DNA from: Polymyxa betae A26-41 | Taxonomy: Eukaryota > Protista > Endomyxa: Phytomyxea | NCBI GenBank assembly: GCA_003693705.1 | Contig: RBZT01000743.1 | Location: forward strand, 54,901 to 118,900 | Length of the DNA stretch: 64,000 nucleotides | Direction: 5' to 3' | Part shown: in pieces, positions 13,860 through 27,133 of the stretch | Layout of the letters: the number at the start of each line of letters is the position of its first letter | How positions within the stretch are numbered: position 1 is the stretch's first letter | Translations under genes and position numbers: made by a program | The notes under the pieces: generated by a model | The model's database searches: none | Seen by the model: only the letters and a program-made list of their open reading frames with translations | Told to the model about the DNA's origin: nothing

Positions 13860-14983
13860 ATGGTAGATCACGGCCGTGACCCGGGTCATCAATCACCGGC
13901 CCAGGCACCCATGGTTCTGGGCATGTCGCCGTCTTCCGCCTCGCCTTCGGTCGCCCATAGCAAGCTGTACGCTCTAATCCAGGATCTGACCGTGGCCGAC
14001 AAACGTGAAGCTGCCCTCCTGGCTCTCTCTAAACAGCGAGAGGAATACCCCGACCTGGCTCCGATTTTATGGCATTCTGTCGGCTCTATTGCCGCCCTTC
14101 TTCAAGAAATCGTCGCCGTCTATCCCCTCCTGCAGAATGTTTACACGCTGACACCCAAGGCGTCTAATCGTTGCTGCAACGCCCTCGCTTTACTACAATG
14201 TGTGGCATCTCATAGCGATACTCGTGCTCATTTCTTATCAGCACACATCCCTTTGTTTCTATATCCATTTTTGAACACGACCCATGCCAAGAGGCCCTTC
14301 GAGTATTTGAGGCTAACGTCTTTGGGCGTGATCGGAGCCTTGGTCAAGATGGATGATTCTGATGTCATTGCATTCTTGCTACAAACGGAAATCATTCCGC
14401 TGTGTTTAAGAATCATGAATACGGGGAGTGAGCTCTTAAGGACGGTGGCCACCTTCATTGTACAAAAGATATTGCTGGATGAAGCCGGTCTGAGCTATAT
14501 CTGTGCTACACCGGACAGGTTTTATGCTGTTAGTGATGTTCTGCGTGTTATGGTCGATTCATTGGTAAAGCATACCTCTGTACGGCTGCTAAAGCATATT
14601 ATCCATTGCTATGTCCGTCTTGCTGCCAACAACAAGTAATATTTCTATTCTATTTTCTATTTCTCACAAGTTGAATCGAGCCCACCTGGACTGCATTCAT
14701 CACTCTCGTTCATGGTTGAGAGTAATCAATGTGTTGTTTCAACGTTTTATTGTCGCGTGTTACTATCAAGTTTTCAATGTTTCTTTCGATTTCATTATTT
14801 ACTTCCACTATTCGATGTCATGATCGATTCTCTGTCGCTGATGTTGTCTACAGAGCCCGGGAGGCGCTGCGTGAATGCTTACCGGCGAAACTTCGTGATA
14901 ATACGTTTGCCCAGGTTCTCAAGGACGAGGCCGTCACCAAGCGCCATCTGTCCCAGCTGTTACGTGATCTTTCCGAGCCATGA
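13860..14983 (+). CDS. CNOT9: CCR4-NOT subunit 9 (Rcd1/Caf40)
   Basis: [59 protein letters not shown]; intron 14636-14853. Confidence 0.97.
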
Positions 14984-15177
14984 TTCTTGGTCGAGGCATT
15001 TGGTCTCATCGAACGATGATCTCAGGTTTATCCCGGCTTCACAAAATCGCCTGAAACATCGCGCTCTTTTCCATCCGAGCGACTTCTAGATTATAAGTAA
15101 ATTATCGTTTGCACTTGCTTTCATTTTTTATAACGCTGCTCCTATGGCTTCAATGCATTATCGGTACAATCATATGT

Positions 15178-16728
15178 TCATTTAGTAACGAGCAGCATTG
15201 TATGTGGCGCCTCCAATAGCGTCTTGACGCGTTTCGAGAATCGTGCAATGGTGGCACCGTCGATAACGCGATGATCAGCAGACCAACTCATGGCCATGAT
15301 CGACGTTTTCACGATCTCATCGTCATCGTTGAACCTGGGAATTCCGGTCTGAATGCGACCGATAGCGCCAATCACGACCTGTGGCCGCACCAGCAACGGT
15401 GTCGCGTACGTCCCGCCAATCGTCCCAATGTTGCTAACGGCGAACGTTCCGCCCTGCAGATCGTCCTGCCCGAGACGATTCTCAGCGCCGAATTTCGACA
15501 GCCGGACCAGTTCGGCTGCAATGTCGCCGACGCTACGCTCCTGAACGCGTTTCACACACGGGACCATCAAGCCGCGCGGCGTGTCCATCGCTAGCGAGAT
15601 GTTATGGTCAGGTTTCAGTGTCAACGTCGTACAGGCGTCGTCGACATGGGCGTTCAGCTGCGGGAACTCGAGCAGCGCCAGACTGACGGCTTTTAAGATC
15701 AAGGGCAGGTACGTCAGGGACGGCAGCGACGGTTTCAGGGCCGCCCGGATACGCCGTAGTTCATCGGCGACGACCTCTTCGTGCAACGTGAGGGTCGGTA
15801 CGGCGTTGGCGGCCGTCATAGTCTTGACCATGATCCGGGCCAGGCCCGTTATGGGCAGCGCCGTATCGGATTTGGTCGCCGTGGCAGCAGCAGGCGTGCT
15901 GGGAGCCGCAGCGCTTTCGATCACTGAGAGAACATCGACTTTGAGGACTCGGCCGTCTGGACCCTACGAGAGCCCTGTTCAGATAGATCGTCATTAGAAG
16001 CCTTATTGGGCATTACCGTCGGTGTGATTTTCGACAAATCAAGGTTATGTTCGCGGCAAAGGCGACGAACAGCCGGCGTCGCCTGAACCTTCTCGGAACG
16101 TTCCGGCTGGCTCGGAGGTTGTTCAGGCGATGGCGGCGGCGACGGCATTGATTTTGCAGGTGCTGGAGGGACTTCGCCCGTAGCTGCATCGTCGGCGACA
16201 TCGAGAGTGACGAGCGACTCGCCGACTTTAGCCATGGTACCGATATCGGCATTGAGTGATTGAACGGTGCCGTCGAATCTGGATGTGATCTCGACCGTTG
16301 CTTTGTCACTCTGCACTTCGCATAACTTCTGGAACTGCTCGACTCGATCGCCGGGTTTTACAAACCTGAATCCAACAACAGTCAATTTAGATCATACTAC
16401 GAAATCCACAAGAAGGGTTTTGATAAAAGAAGTAAAGTGAATATCAATGAACCTAATATGACGGATTGATAAACGTCTCCATAAGGTCAACAGAATTTCG
16501 ATATTAAACTCGAAGTCATTCTTGGAGGAAGAGTTAACAAGATCCAAAAATGGTTTTTCTGGACGACCATTTGAGGACTTCAACCTCTGCGATTCCCTCG
16601 CCGATATCGGCCAACAGAAACTCCTGTTTCCGATTCAAGAAACGGCTGGATCGGAATGCCCGTGTCCAGCGGTTGCCGGCCCGGGCCGTGAACGACCCGA
16701 TGACCTTCGCCGAACGAGAGCTCAGCAT
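15178..16728 (-). CDS. DBT: Dihydrolipoamide branched-chain transacylase (BCKDH E2), mitochondrial
   Basis: Arg-rich presequence; LADIGEGIAE, EVQSDKATVEITSRFDG (lipoyl Lys); ATPAVRRL (E3-binding); SWSADHRVIDGA (catalytic His). Confidence 0.93.
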
Positions 16729-17192
16729 AATCGGTACGTGAGGCGAGCTATCACGGATACGCGATAAAGCCTAAAGAGCATACACACTACAGTACTTAAC
16801 GACAGGGGGTCAACCCAAGACCCCATTTTCTAACAATCACCAATTCTCCAGATCCAATTTGTCGGATATTGTTTTTGTTTCACAATTTGGATTTAATTAA
16901 AAACAAGAAAGTTAAGTTCGTGCAGAAACAAAAAGAAAGTTTAGTTCGTCCATGTCAAAATCGAGGAGATATTATGCAAATTCGAGACTTTGAGATTCCA
17001 TGACGAATGCTTCAGCTGCGACTGGAAAAAAACATCCACATAACGAGAAAAGTCTGAGCTTTGATCTGTGGACTGTGTATTGAATCCCGACCCAGACCAT
17101 CATATCGGCTATCAGAAGGAGGTCGCGCTCCCACTCGACCTCAGCTACTTGTAAACCGGGGACCACCATGACGGCAATCAACGGCATCTGTT

Positions 17193-18752
17193 ATGGGGGA
17201 TCTCAGTCCACACACAGCCTTCTCCCAATACGCTATCAAAGATCGATTATCAATCCACAACCCCGAGCTCGACCCAAGACCGACCTCCATCGGAGCGGCT
17301 GCGCGCTTGCGACCCGGTACCCCCGTCCCTGAGGTGGGCCGTACTGGACCAACCCACCCACCACAGAGGATGCGGTGGCTGTCGTGGACGTGCGGCTGCG
17401 GAGGATCATCTAAAAGGCGCTCGTCCTGTATCATACCTCAGCAGCTGGGCTCGCACGTTCATGTTCCGAAACAGAGCCGGACACCACGCCGTCTATTGGT
17501 GGCTGGCGGCCCCGGGACCGGCAAGACGCACCTGGTCGAAGCCGTCATCGGTCGCAGTCGATTCAGCCGCGTATTCTGGCTTCGGCTCGGGACCGACATG
17601 GACGCCTTCGTCCGTCTGATCGGCGCCGTACTCGCCGATTTCGACATCGTCACCAATGAAGACGATGCGATTATCGCGTTGCTGTCGCGATGCGACAGCA
17701 ACGACGCCGCTATCGTTGTCGACGATTTCCGCCGCGACGCTCATCATGGCGTCGTCGTTCTGGATCTGCTGCAGGGAATGCGGGCAGCCATCATCATTGC
17801 CGGCGACCTGGACGTCGAAACCGTCGCCGAGCGCTTCGACGGCGTCCTGGTCTGCGATGCTGTGGACGGCCAGCCGTACGACCAGCTACAACTAGCCCGA
17901 GGCCTATCTCCGAATCTGGACGGGGCCAGTCCGGCCCAACGTCGTCTTGCTCAAGCCGTGGCCGTGCTGGACGACATCGTCCCCGAGTCGTTGCTGTTAT
18001 GTGTGGAGGATTCGTGCGAGGCGGGCTCGTTGGAGCTGCTTCAGGCCGGCGCGCTTCAGTTCACGTCCCAACGTCATCTATCTGAGCGCGGCGCTGTCCT
18101 ATCCGGATCTGTTCGACGCCATCTCCGCACATGCTTCGACCTGGACGCCCTGTTAGCTGCTGCCAGCGCTATCCGGCTGTGTTGGGTTCGGAAGACGTCG
18201 TCGAGACGCTGGGCGCTGTCCTTAATCACTCATGGAGAAGCCCTTGCCGAGTTCTTCACCGAGTCGCTGCTGGCGCCAAATGCCGCTGAGAACGTCGTTG
18301 GCGCGTTCTGCGATCATCTAACGGTTCTCGGCTCGCTCTACATCTACGCTCTGCGCCCGCGACACGCGCTCTGCTCGTTCAAAACGTCGCTCAGCTTAGT
18401 CTCATCACTTCCACAGAAGCAGACATCGCATTACCTATGTATGATGAGGACCCTTCATTGTATGGCGAATGTGTACGGCAGCATCGGAGATACCGAAGGG
18501 CAGAACCGAACCCTGGCCGCCGCCTTCGCTCTCGATGCCCAGCTAGGACGGTCGGAACTAAGCACGCGACCATCACAGCGGAAAACGTCCCGTCATCGTC
18601 TCAGGCATAAATTTCGGGGACGGGCCTCGAACGCCGGCCAGGTCGTCGATCTCGGAGACGGCAGTAGACGGCACAGCTTCACACCTTCGCATGATGAACA
18701 CCAACGCAAGATTCGGAAACGGTCACTACCACCGCCCATGCCTGCCTCGTGA
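17193..18752 (+). CDS. P-loop NTPase (NB-ARC/STAND-like) with TPR-like helical C-terminus; start uncertain
   Basis: Walker A GGPGTGKT, FSRVFWL, Walker B AIVVDD; TPR-like TLHCMANVYGSIGD; intronless 519-aa ORF. Confidence 0.6.
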   Translation: MGDLSPHTAFSQYAIKDRLSIHNPELDPRPTSIGAAARLRPGTPVPEVGRTGPTHPPQRMRWLSWTCGCGGSSKRRSSCIIPQQLGSHVHVPKQSRTPRRLLVAGGPGTGKTHLVEAVIGRSRFSRVFWLRLGTDMDAFVRLIGAVLADFDIVTNEDDAIIALLSRCDSNDAAIVVDDFRRDAHHGVVVLDLLQGMRAAIIIAGDLDVETVAERFDGVLVCDAVDGQPYDQLQLARGLSPNLDGASPAQRRLAQAVAVLDDIVPESLLLCVEDSCEAGSLELLQAGALQFTSQRHLSERGAVLSGSVRRHLRTCFDLDALLAAASAIRLCWVRKTSSRRWALSLITHGEALAEFFTESLLAPNAAENVVGAFCDHLTVLGSLYIYALRPRHALCSFKTSLSLVSSLPQKQTSHYLCMMRTLHCMANVYGSIGDTEGQNRTLAAAFALDAQLGRSELSTRPSQRKTSRHRLRHKFRGRASNAGQVVDLGDGSRRHSFTPSHDEHQRKIRKRSLPPPMPAS

Positions 18753-18895
18753 TACTGGCCCGGTATCTGTAATCGTCAACAGTAGCAACCCCGGAACCCT
18801 TATCTATGCTGAAAACGTTGGATGTGAGATGTGACGAACGAGGGCAAAACATCACGGCGAGGTGTAACAATAAAGGTTTATAAACGGAATGATGT

Positions 18896-21800
18896 TTAAA
18901 CGATGCGAATAGAAGGAGTTCCAGGCGAACAGGTTCCGCTCTCATCGGCGATGACATTAGCTTCTACAAGGCCAGTATCTCTCATTAAAAACTGGAGGTT
19001 CTCTTTCAGAACCTGGCCTTCATCAAATGGCATAGATACGCGAAGTGCATCCTTTTTGCCTTTCTCGACGACGTTTTGAATGACAGCGGCGGCAAATTTC
19101 TGCGCTTGCGATGCACGCGCCTTCAACTCCGGATCCGAACTGAATTTCGACTTGATCTGGGTCGTGGCTTCACGGCAAGCCTGACCACGGTCCGTTCTGA
19201 ATAATTCATCATCGATCGCGCCAGCAATCTGAAAGACGGCCTGCTGCCAGACTGGGTACTCTGTGGCAAAGGCTAAATTCAGCTTTGTGTTCGCACCGCC
19301 GCCTTTCTTCGGCTGGGCCAACTTGATGCGGATCTTGTGAGCGACATCGTCAAGATAATCGCCAATCGCAGTCAAGGTGACATCGACCATGTCGGCGCTG
19401 GGCCATTTAGCATCAACTACGAGGCCTTCGTGCTGGAGGACATCACTCCAAAGATGTTCGGCCGTAAACGGGCAGAATGGCGATAGAATGATAACGAAGA
19501 CATCCATATATCTTCGGATCAGTTGCGGCGACATGTTCTCTTCACCAACCTGAGAACGATACTGATCCCGAGCCGCCTGCAGATTGTAAACGCCAGCCTT
19601 CAAAGCCGCACGGAAATGCATGTTGGTAAAAGCTTCATCAGCTTCAACTATGCAGGCGTTGATGCGGTTGGCGAACAGCTGATCGGCGAACGTTGCCGTC
19701 GTCAGAGCAGCGTTCTTTTGGCGTTCGACAGTGGCCGAAATCCACTCTAATTCTTTCGTTAAGCGCAGAATGGCGGCGTTGGCTGTCACAGACAGCGACA
19801 CATTTGCATCTTCGAGACCGTCTCCGGCGTCAGCCAGGGCGAATCGCAGCGCATCAGCACCATAGTCGTTGCAACCCTGATTCAAGGTCAGGAAATTGCC
19901 TGTTGATTTGCTCATCTTCTCGTTGTTTAGCAGAGCATGGCCATTGGTGAAATACGACTGAGGCCAGTAGTTCGGCTGATCAGGCCAGATGGCGGCATGG
20001 TTGTAGAGCGCCATAACAAGATGGTTGCCGATCAGATCCTTACCACTGACACGAAGGTCAACCGGGTAGAAGTAGCGGAACTCGCTGCGCATACGCTCCA
20101 GCGTTTTCGAGTCGATCGCGGTTTGTTTAGGCATCGACCCATCAGTGAAAATGTAGTCGAAGTCGGCGTCCGTGATTTCCGAAGCCGGGACCGCACCACC
20201 ATCGCCCTCGAGGCTGCCGTTTTGCAGAAAATGAGCGATGGTGTAGTAAGCCATATAGATAGTGGAGTCAGACAGCGACTCAATCACGATGCCGTCGTCA
20301 CCAAAAGGCAGTTTCGTGCCCAGACCGAACGAACGTGAACAGGCCCAGCCTCGAAGCCATTCGACAACACCAACAAACATCTCCTTGGCAATCGGATTGT
20401 AGCATTCAAGACGCGATTGGACATGCTCGGCAACTTTCGCCGCCCAAGCCGCTTCTCCGTATTCCAGGAACCACTGATCGGTTTGAGCGACGACGCACGC
20501 GTTGCCGCTGCGGGCGATAACTTCACGCTCTGGTTCCGAGTAGAGGAACGCTTGTCCGGCAGCGATCAGTTCACCACGGACGATCGGCTTGGCCAGCTCT
20601 ACCTTCATACCAGCACACGATCCAAGCAGCATCGTTCCCTCATAAAAACCCTGTTTGTAAACACGCTCTTTGGCTTCAGCCAGTTTCTTAGCGTCGTGCT
20701 GGTTCTTGATTTTCATACTAGCGCAGATGGTCGGGGCAGCACGGTCGCCGAATTCCGGCGTCCGGATGATAGCCGGTGCGTCCAGTGAGCACATCTCGAG
20801 TGTGACGTGGTATTTCTCACGCATGGCGGCGTCCTGAGCCAAATCTTGAAGGGCGATAAAATCATCAGGTGAATCACTTGGAACTGACGTCACCAATCCG
20901 GTTCCCTTCGACATCGAAATTGTTAGCAGAGGCAGGAGGTAAACGACGGGGTGTTGAGCCAGCGGGGCGTGTACGGCGGCACCAAGCAGGTCCCAGCCCT
21001 TCAGCATACACAGAATTTCGACTTCACCGAATCCGCCGGGTAGCAGGAACTGATAAGCCATATTTCTGGCGGCACGCTCACTGCATACCCACACCTCGTT
21101 GTTGTTGGCCCGCACGCAGGCGTAGTCGCCATGGGGCAGCACCCAGGCATTAGTCTGACCGTACATCGTCTCCGGACGCAGCGTTGCACAAAGCAGGAGC
21201 ACCTTGGAGTCTTCGGGTAAGACTATCTTCAGCGCAGGAGGAATCGCAGAGACAAGCTCGAGCTTGACGGTCGTGTATTCCTGTGGGCCAACACCCTCGC
21301 CGGTTGCACGATCGTGATCGGCGCATGGTTGCTTGTCGGACGGCGAATAAATGGAGAGACGCGATCCGAACTTTACGTGGCCGGCGGCGTATAACTTCCG
21401 GAACTGCCATTTGATGAAGGCGTCGAAGTACGGGTTCACATCGGTCGTAATAAATGAACGACGCCAGTCGGCTTTCAGACCGAAACCCTTCAGATGGTCG
21501 ATGGCAATTGGCGGGAAGTACGACAGCCAAGTGAGCGGGTCGGCGAACGAAGCAATGAGATGTTCAGGGACGCCCATCTCAGCTAAGATCTGCCATTGAT
21601 AGACACAGGTCGATGCCTTTTTCGCAACTTTGCCCTTTTTCTTCATAATTGGCTTGCCGTTAGATTCGGGTTTAGACTCGTCTAGTTCGGCGGCGTCGGT
21701 CTCTTTCGGGAAAACTGGAGGATTGCCGAACTGTTCGATTTCGCGGCCCAGCTTCTTTGCACAGGCAGCGATCGGCATCCCGGTACAATGAAATGCTAAA

Positions 21801-22157
21801 GGAAACAGAACCCGTTTGCCTTTGAGGCGCTGATATCCGGCGGCAAACTCGGCTTTGGATAAAGTAAAAGCATGGCCAAGGTGCAGAACACCATTCATAT
21901 CTGACTGATATTGAGGCAATATTTTTGGAGGCATGAAAGGATGGGACTTACAAGGGAATGGAAAAGTGACCATGTACTTTTCGCGGCCGTCATCGACAGC
22001 ATCGGCTTCGAAGGCCTTGGCAGCCTCCCACTTCTGGCGGGCCTTGGCCTCCAGCTCAATGAGCTGATCACGCCTGAAGAACTTCTACAAATGATTTCAG
22101 AACAGCAACAGTCGGTACAAGATATCAGCTGCGACAAACCTGTTGGGAGTCGGTCAT
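18896..22157 (-). CDS. LARS: Leucine--tRNA ligase, cytosolic
   Basis: FPFPYMNGVLHLGH after removing intron 21901-21951; ATLRPETMYGQTN, GTGLVTSVPSDSPDD (editing), KMSKS; first exon MTDSQQ at 22157. Confidence 0.98.
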
Positions 22158-22677
22158 GATTGTCTGCGACGATCACAACAATGTGAAATGATGGCCAGCC
22201 TGCGGATATAAAGTTGCGTTACACTTGCGCGAACTGCAACACACCTGGCAGTTCTTTATGTCCAAAATCTACAGTATTCCAAAAATAGCATTTGAAAACG
22301 AGTTTGAGCCAGAATAGGTTTCACGAAAGTTATCCGCACTTTTTATCTAACAGACATTTCGCTCGTTCCCGAAACTCTTGTTGGGCCTGATGAAGTGATG
22401 ATCCCTGAGAAACATTTACCTCTGTGTCAAGGATTATGGCTTGGCGTTTTCTTTGCTTGCATTTTGGCATTTTTCATTGCAAATCAAACCTACATGAACA
22501 ACCTATTCAGTTATCAAACGATAAGAATGATACGACTTTCATAGGTGCTTATCCTACCAGCAATTCTGTTAGGAAAAGGACTAAAGCTTACTGGGGTTAT
22601 GTTCAAAATTGCTATCCTGCTCATTGCTTCAGAACTTCGAATCCACATGACAAGTTTACTTCAATGCTTCATTATTA

Positions 22678-22935
22678 TCAAAGTGGGGAATCCTTAGTGG
22701 AAGGAAACCCTCCTTGGTAAGGGCGTGAGAGTATTAGATAGGCAGAAATAGCTGTCATTCCCCCAAGGTACACCAACAGGCCAGATATGATTGCTTTATC
22801 ACGAGCCACTTCATATTTGAACCGATCACGAGTCATAGTTGCCATCTTGTGAAATAGCTCGTTCTCCTCGGGTGAATACGATAACCGACGCCGCTGTAAA
22901 GATATCAGATGCTGAGTAGCTCGCTTGAATGTCAT
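22678..22935 (-). CDS. Small single-pass membrane protein (85 aa), possibly mitochondrial
   Basis: ATG start, basic acid-free N-terminus ending RRRLS, one hydrophobic segment IISGLLVYLGGMTAISAYLIL. Confidence 0.5.
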   Translation of the reverse strand: MTFKRATQHLISLQRRRLSYSPEENELFHKMATMTRDRFKYEVARDKAIISGLLVYLGGMTAISAYLILSRPYQGGFPSTKDSPL

Positions 22936-23026
22936 GCCGTTTCGTTAAACTGAATCGGATGAATTTTCTTTGATTTTTCCTGTGTGGTTTCAGGCGGGTG
23001 TGCTATCAATCAGAAATAAGGAACTT

Positions 23027-24226
23027 TTATTTCTTTTGATTGTCGCTAGGCTTCTTAGCTTCTTTGTTTTTCTTTTGTTCTTCCGCATTAGCTATGCTGT
23101 TCAAAATATCCTCGACATTTAAACCAGCCTGATCGTGGTCAGGTAAAGACTGAATCAGGCTTTGGATGAAAGCAGGGTCGTGCAGCGTCTCTTGAACATC
23201 TTTTTTCGGCTGCGACGCCAAATCGTTAGGTTCAGCGGTATCATTTGGCTGCATTGACATTGCAATAGCTTGAGCAATCATAGCCTCTTCATCATCAACA
23301 TTCATTGCAGCGACACTCGCTTCGGCATCTGGAACAGCAGCACTGGAGCCTGACGCAGCAGCACCGGAGCCTGCCGCAGCAGCGGCTGCAGCTTCTTGAC
23401 GCTGCCTTTCTTCTTCCAAAGACATACGAATGGCCATGGCCAAATCAGGATCCATAGATGCAGCGTCCACCATTTCTTGGGCACCCTAAAAAGATCAACG
23501 ATTGCAGAATAAAAACGAAATCTATGGTTACCATCCCAGCATGAGCTCCATCGGCCATAATGGCTGAAAGGACCATGTCCGATAAATTATGGGGTCCGGG
23601 AGGGACATTAACCAGATGGCTTGCATCCGATGAATTCACCGATGCTATAAACTGATCAAGGATCTCTCTGTTTTCATTGGCATTATTCTCTGAGCCGAAG
23701 TTGATTACATCCACGTTGACATTATTTTTCTTGAGTTGTTTAGCCAAGCGTACGAACTCTTTGGCAGGAGCATCGATCTGAGAGAGAAATTAGGAGGTAG
23801 ATAAATGACCGCTCATGTCAAATACAGGGCTACCAACAAAAAGAACGATTCGTTGACGCTGGTTTTTGTTGGACCTATTCTTCAGGCACAATTGTGCTGT
23901 TTTAAGGCCAGAAAGAAAATTGCTCTTGCCGCCAATTTTGATCCCTTGAACAGAGCTCATAATAGCGCCCAGATCTCGTGTAGGAGTCATTAAGACGTCA
24001 ATGCGCTTTCCGGCCATAGTTAATACGCCAACAGCGTTTTCCTCATTGGCCTGCGTCTTCATAGAACATATAAAATTGACCGCCTCGGTCTGAGCCGCCA
24101 TGCGAGTTGGGAGATAGTCGCCATTACGCACCCAATCCGAATTATCCACGCTGCCAGACAAAATCAGAAGGACAATGAATATGCAGATTGGTCTGCTCAC
24201 CATACGACGACAGCTTCTAACACCAT
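23027..24226 (-). CDS. RPN10: 26S proteasome ubiquitin receptor Rpn10/PSMD4
   Basis: [37 protein letters not shown] (vWA); UIMs DPDLAMAIRMSLEE and EEAMIAQAIAMS. Confidence 0.97.
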
Positions 24227-24824
24227 TTGACTGAAGCGCCTTCACCGAAATAAACTGGCGATAGACAGATACAGATGAAGATAAGACAACAAAGTGCGTT
24301 GCTTTACCTTCACTGTGAAGGAAATTCTCTAGATTTTTATGACGCTGTCCTGTCCAAATTCTCAATACTTGAAGTATTGACGTCCACCCCTCCGACAATG
24401 ATATGTATTTCCCTTACTAATAGTGACACATGACACATCCTGTTACTTCCTCGCTTTCGTGACAGGACCAATATTATCCAGTGATATGTCACTATTGGGA
24501 AGAACTGTAAAGCAGCTATAATAGGGGTGGTTTATTAGTCATCTTATTTAAGCCCAATGCTTTAATTTTTGTTCAATACGTTCTTTGGCTACCGCAGTTT
24601 GAATGTTGCCACTCTTCACGAAGGCGATAACCGCCGGTTTCTCCTCAAGAGTCAATCGCGTCTGTTTGGCACCCGTCATGGTCGAATATGATATTTCACT
24701 CTACAAGTATGCTATTATGTCCAAGAGATTCCTCGAAGCTTCCAATACACTCCCAAAAAGAATGTGCATCCTGATTCTATTGGGGATAAAGATACTCTCT
24801 ATATGGGACCTAATATTAAATGTG

Positions 24825-24846
24825 TTAGGGTTTAGGGTTTTAGGGT
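24825..24846. repeat. Intergenic telomere-type repeat (3 units)
   Basis: ttagggtttagggttttagggt. Confidence 0.85.
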
Positions 24847-25063
24847 AAATTCCAGTTTGTTCCCTCGGAATAGTGACGCCAAACCCTCGAACAAACAGGT
24901 GTCACTATATCGAGGGATAACTCTGCATCTTGGCTCACATAGCAATATCCGATTTAGCAATGATATTTAGTAAAAAATTGGTATTAGGACAAAATTGGCA
25001 AGACAGCTCGTTAGGTGTTATTTCAACAATGATATAATCCATAAACTGGTTGGTAGAGGGAAA

Positions 25064-25911
25064 CTATGCAGGGCAGGACCTTTGGCAACGGAAAACGTTT
25101 AAGTACCAGTTGAAAGCAAATAAAAGCCCAGCTGATCTAGCTCTTGTCGCGTCCATCATCCAATCGTAAGCGTCAGCAACCGGAACTTTCAGTACTTCAA
25201 TGTGCTCACTGTAAACCCTTACTGATTTGAAAACGCTTGCAAAGTATTTTCCTTTACCTGTCAATTCCACCTCCGGGTCCGACTCGGTTTGATTCACGAA
25301 CCTGAAAACCCTTAAACCTTGTAACCACATTTGCAAGATCTTTAACGAACCTCTGCATACATTAAATGAGTTACAGCGCCGGAAATTCCAGTCGAATTAT
25401 GATAGCTTGTGATTTTACGAATTGAAGACGCATCAACATCAAAGCCAAGCTCTTCAATAATCTCCTCCCTTGCTGTTTCTGCAATGTCCAGATGTGCCTT
25501 ATCCATAATTCCAGCACATAGCTCATATGTGAAAGCATCTTCTATTGCTACCCTAGAATTACGATTATTTAGCACAAATTAGCTACCAGCAAACAAAATC
25601 CTTACGCTTTACTGGGGTTTCTCCTAATAGATGAAGCATAGACAGCAGGTCGGAACTGCTTAACGATCATGAAAGCGTCGTCTTCAGAATGATATCTGAT
25701 CGTTATAAGATTTGTGCCAATCAATTATCAATGTCAGTTACACAAGGATGGATACAGCATCGTGAACCTCAACAAAATCCCAGGTCTTTTCGACATTATC
25801 TCGAGTATCTTTAAACTTGGCTCGAAATGGTTTCACATAGGACGATGGTGCCGTTCCCAGAGGAGCCGTCGACCAATCCACAATGATACGGACGTCGTTA
25901 TCGGCCGACAT
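25064..25911 (-). CDS. Nudix hydrolase, NUDT14-like (UDP-glucose/ADP-sugar pyrophosphatase)
   Basis: WDFVEVHDAVSIL, IVKQFRPAVY, TYELCAGIMDK..AREEIIEELGF (Nudix box), EHIEVL; multi-exon. Confidence 0.85.
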
Positions 25912-27133
25912 CCTTCTCCTCGTTAGGAGACGGGCAAGATAATGATATGTCCGCATCTGTATCATTATCGACAATCGACGATAATGGTTTCTGTTGCGTC
26001 ATTATTACAAGAGGGTTCTACAGACTGAATTTGTAGCAGCAGGACTTGTTGCAAATGCGATGGGTTGTGTTTTGTCGCGCAGCAAGTTAGGAAATTTATG
26101 CCGAATCGGAAAACAAAAATGCCTTCCTGTACTTCTACCAGCTGTATCGCTACATAGTGATTGCTGAAGTGTCATATGGTTTATAGTCAGCGAGAGATGA
26201 AGCCCCTGTGATTACGGTGGCATAGACATTCGCCTCAGGCTGAACAAGATGCAGGATGAATTATTGTCGCTATCGAACGCTTCCTGAGTATCACACAAAA
26301 ATGTACAGTAGCCACATAGATGAAGTCAGATTGTATCTGTCTGGAGCTCCACCTCGGCATGGTTGTCTGGTGTAATTTACTGAAGGAGCATCCTCCAAAA
26401 CGTCACATGATCCGGCAACAATTGGAGTTGCTGATCACCGAAGTTTCACTCTCACAAGGAAACCGGTTTGCTTGATTACCTATTTCTCTAAACAAACTGT
26501 TTATACACAAGGCTGATGGATGTAGTGGCCTTCAAAAAATTCCAGAAACTTTCGCCATTATCAGGCTAGCTTGATTTGTCAGACTTCGAAATTGACTGAC
26601 ATTAGCAATTGTATCGTTCCCAGATAGACCTGCTGGCAACTACAGTCAAACAGGCCTACCGGCCTACTTAGTCGTTGGAAGTCACGACTTCATTACATGG
26701 CCAAAGACGGAGATGTGTACAGTATTATGTCACCACACAGGTCATAGGGAGTGATAAGAGTGGCCTTAGTCTCATCATTGACCCTTGGTGATATGTATTG
26801 TTCATTGGGATGAGTCGTCATTTTGTTATCGGGCTGCCATTACGCTTTATACCATCTATGACTATCGCCGACCCCCGACTCATCCATATAAAGATCGAGT
26901 GCCAGGATTGCATCCACCGCTGTCACTAGCTCAGTTTGGGTACGGTCAAGGTCGCCCTCATCATCACCGAATAGAAAGTCGAGCTCGAAACTCATCTGTT
27001 TCAATCTTATATCGACATGGCATAATCGAAGAGATTCTGGCCTTCGATTTTGCTTAGTTTCTCTGATAAAGACGTTCGCGCTCGCGACAACTCCATATCT
27101 TAATCATTGCTAAAAACCTGTCCCTGGCAAGAT

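Noticed and set aside
14636-14853. Unusually long CNOT9 intron (and DBT intron ~16366-16567) as snoRNA hosts
   Set aside because: Only one short hairpin seen; no convincing C/D or H/ACA box arrangement
22387-22413. CTGATGA...GAAAC hammerhead-like core / C and D box-like motifs
   Set aside because: Stem II cannot pair and the boxes are too close together for a C/D snoRNA
26000-27060. Possible gene between the Nudix and P5 ATPase genes
   Set aside because: Only short ORFs with no motif and no consistent splice model
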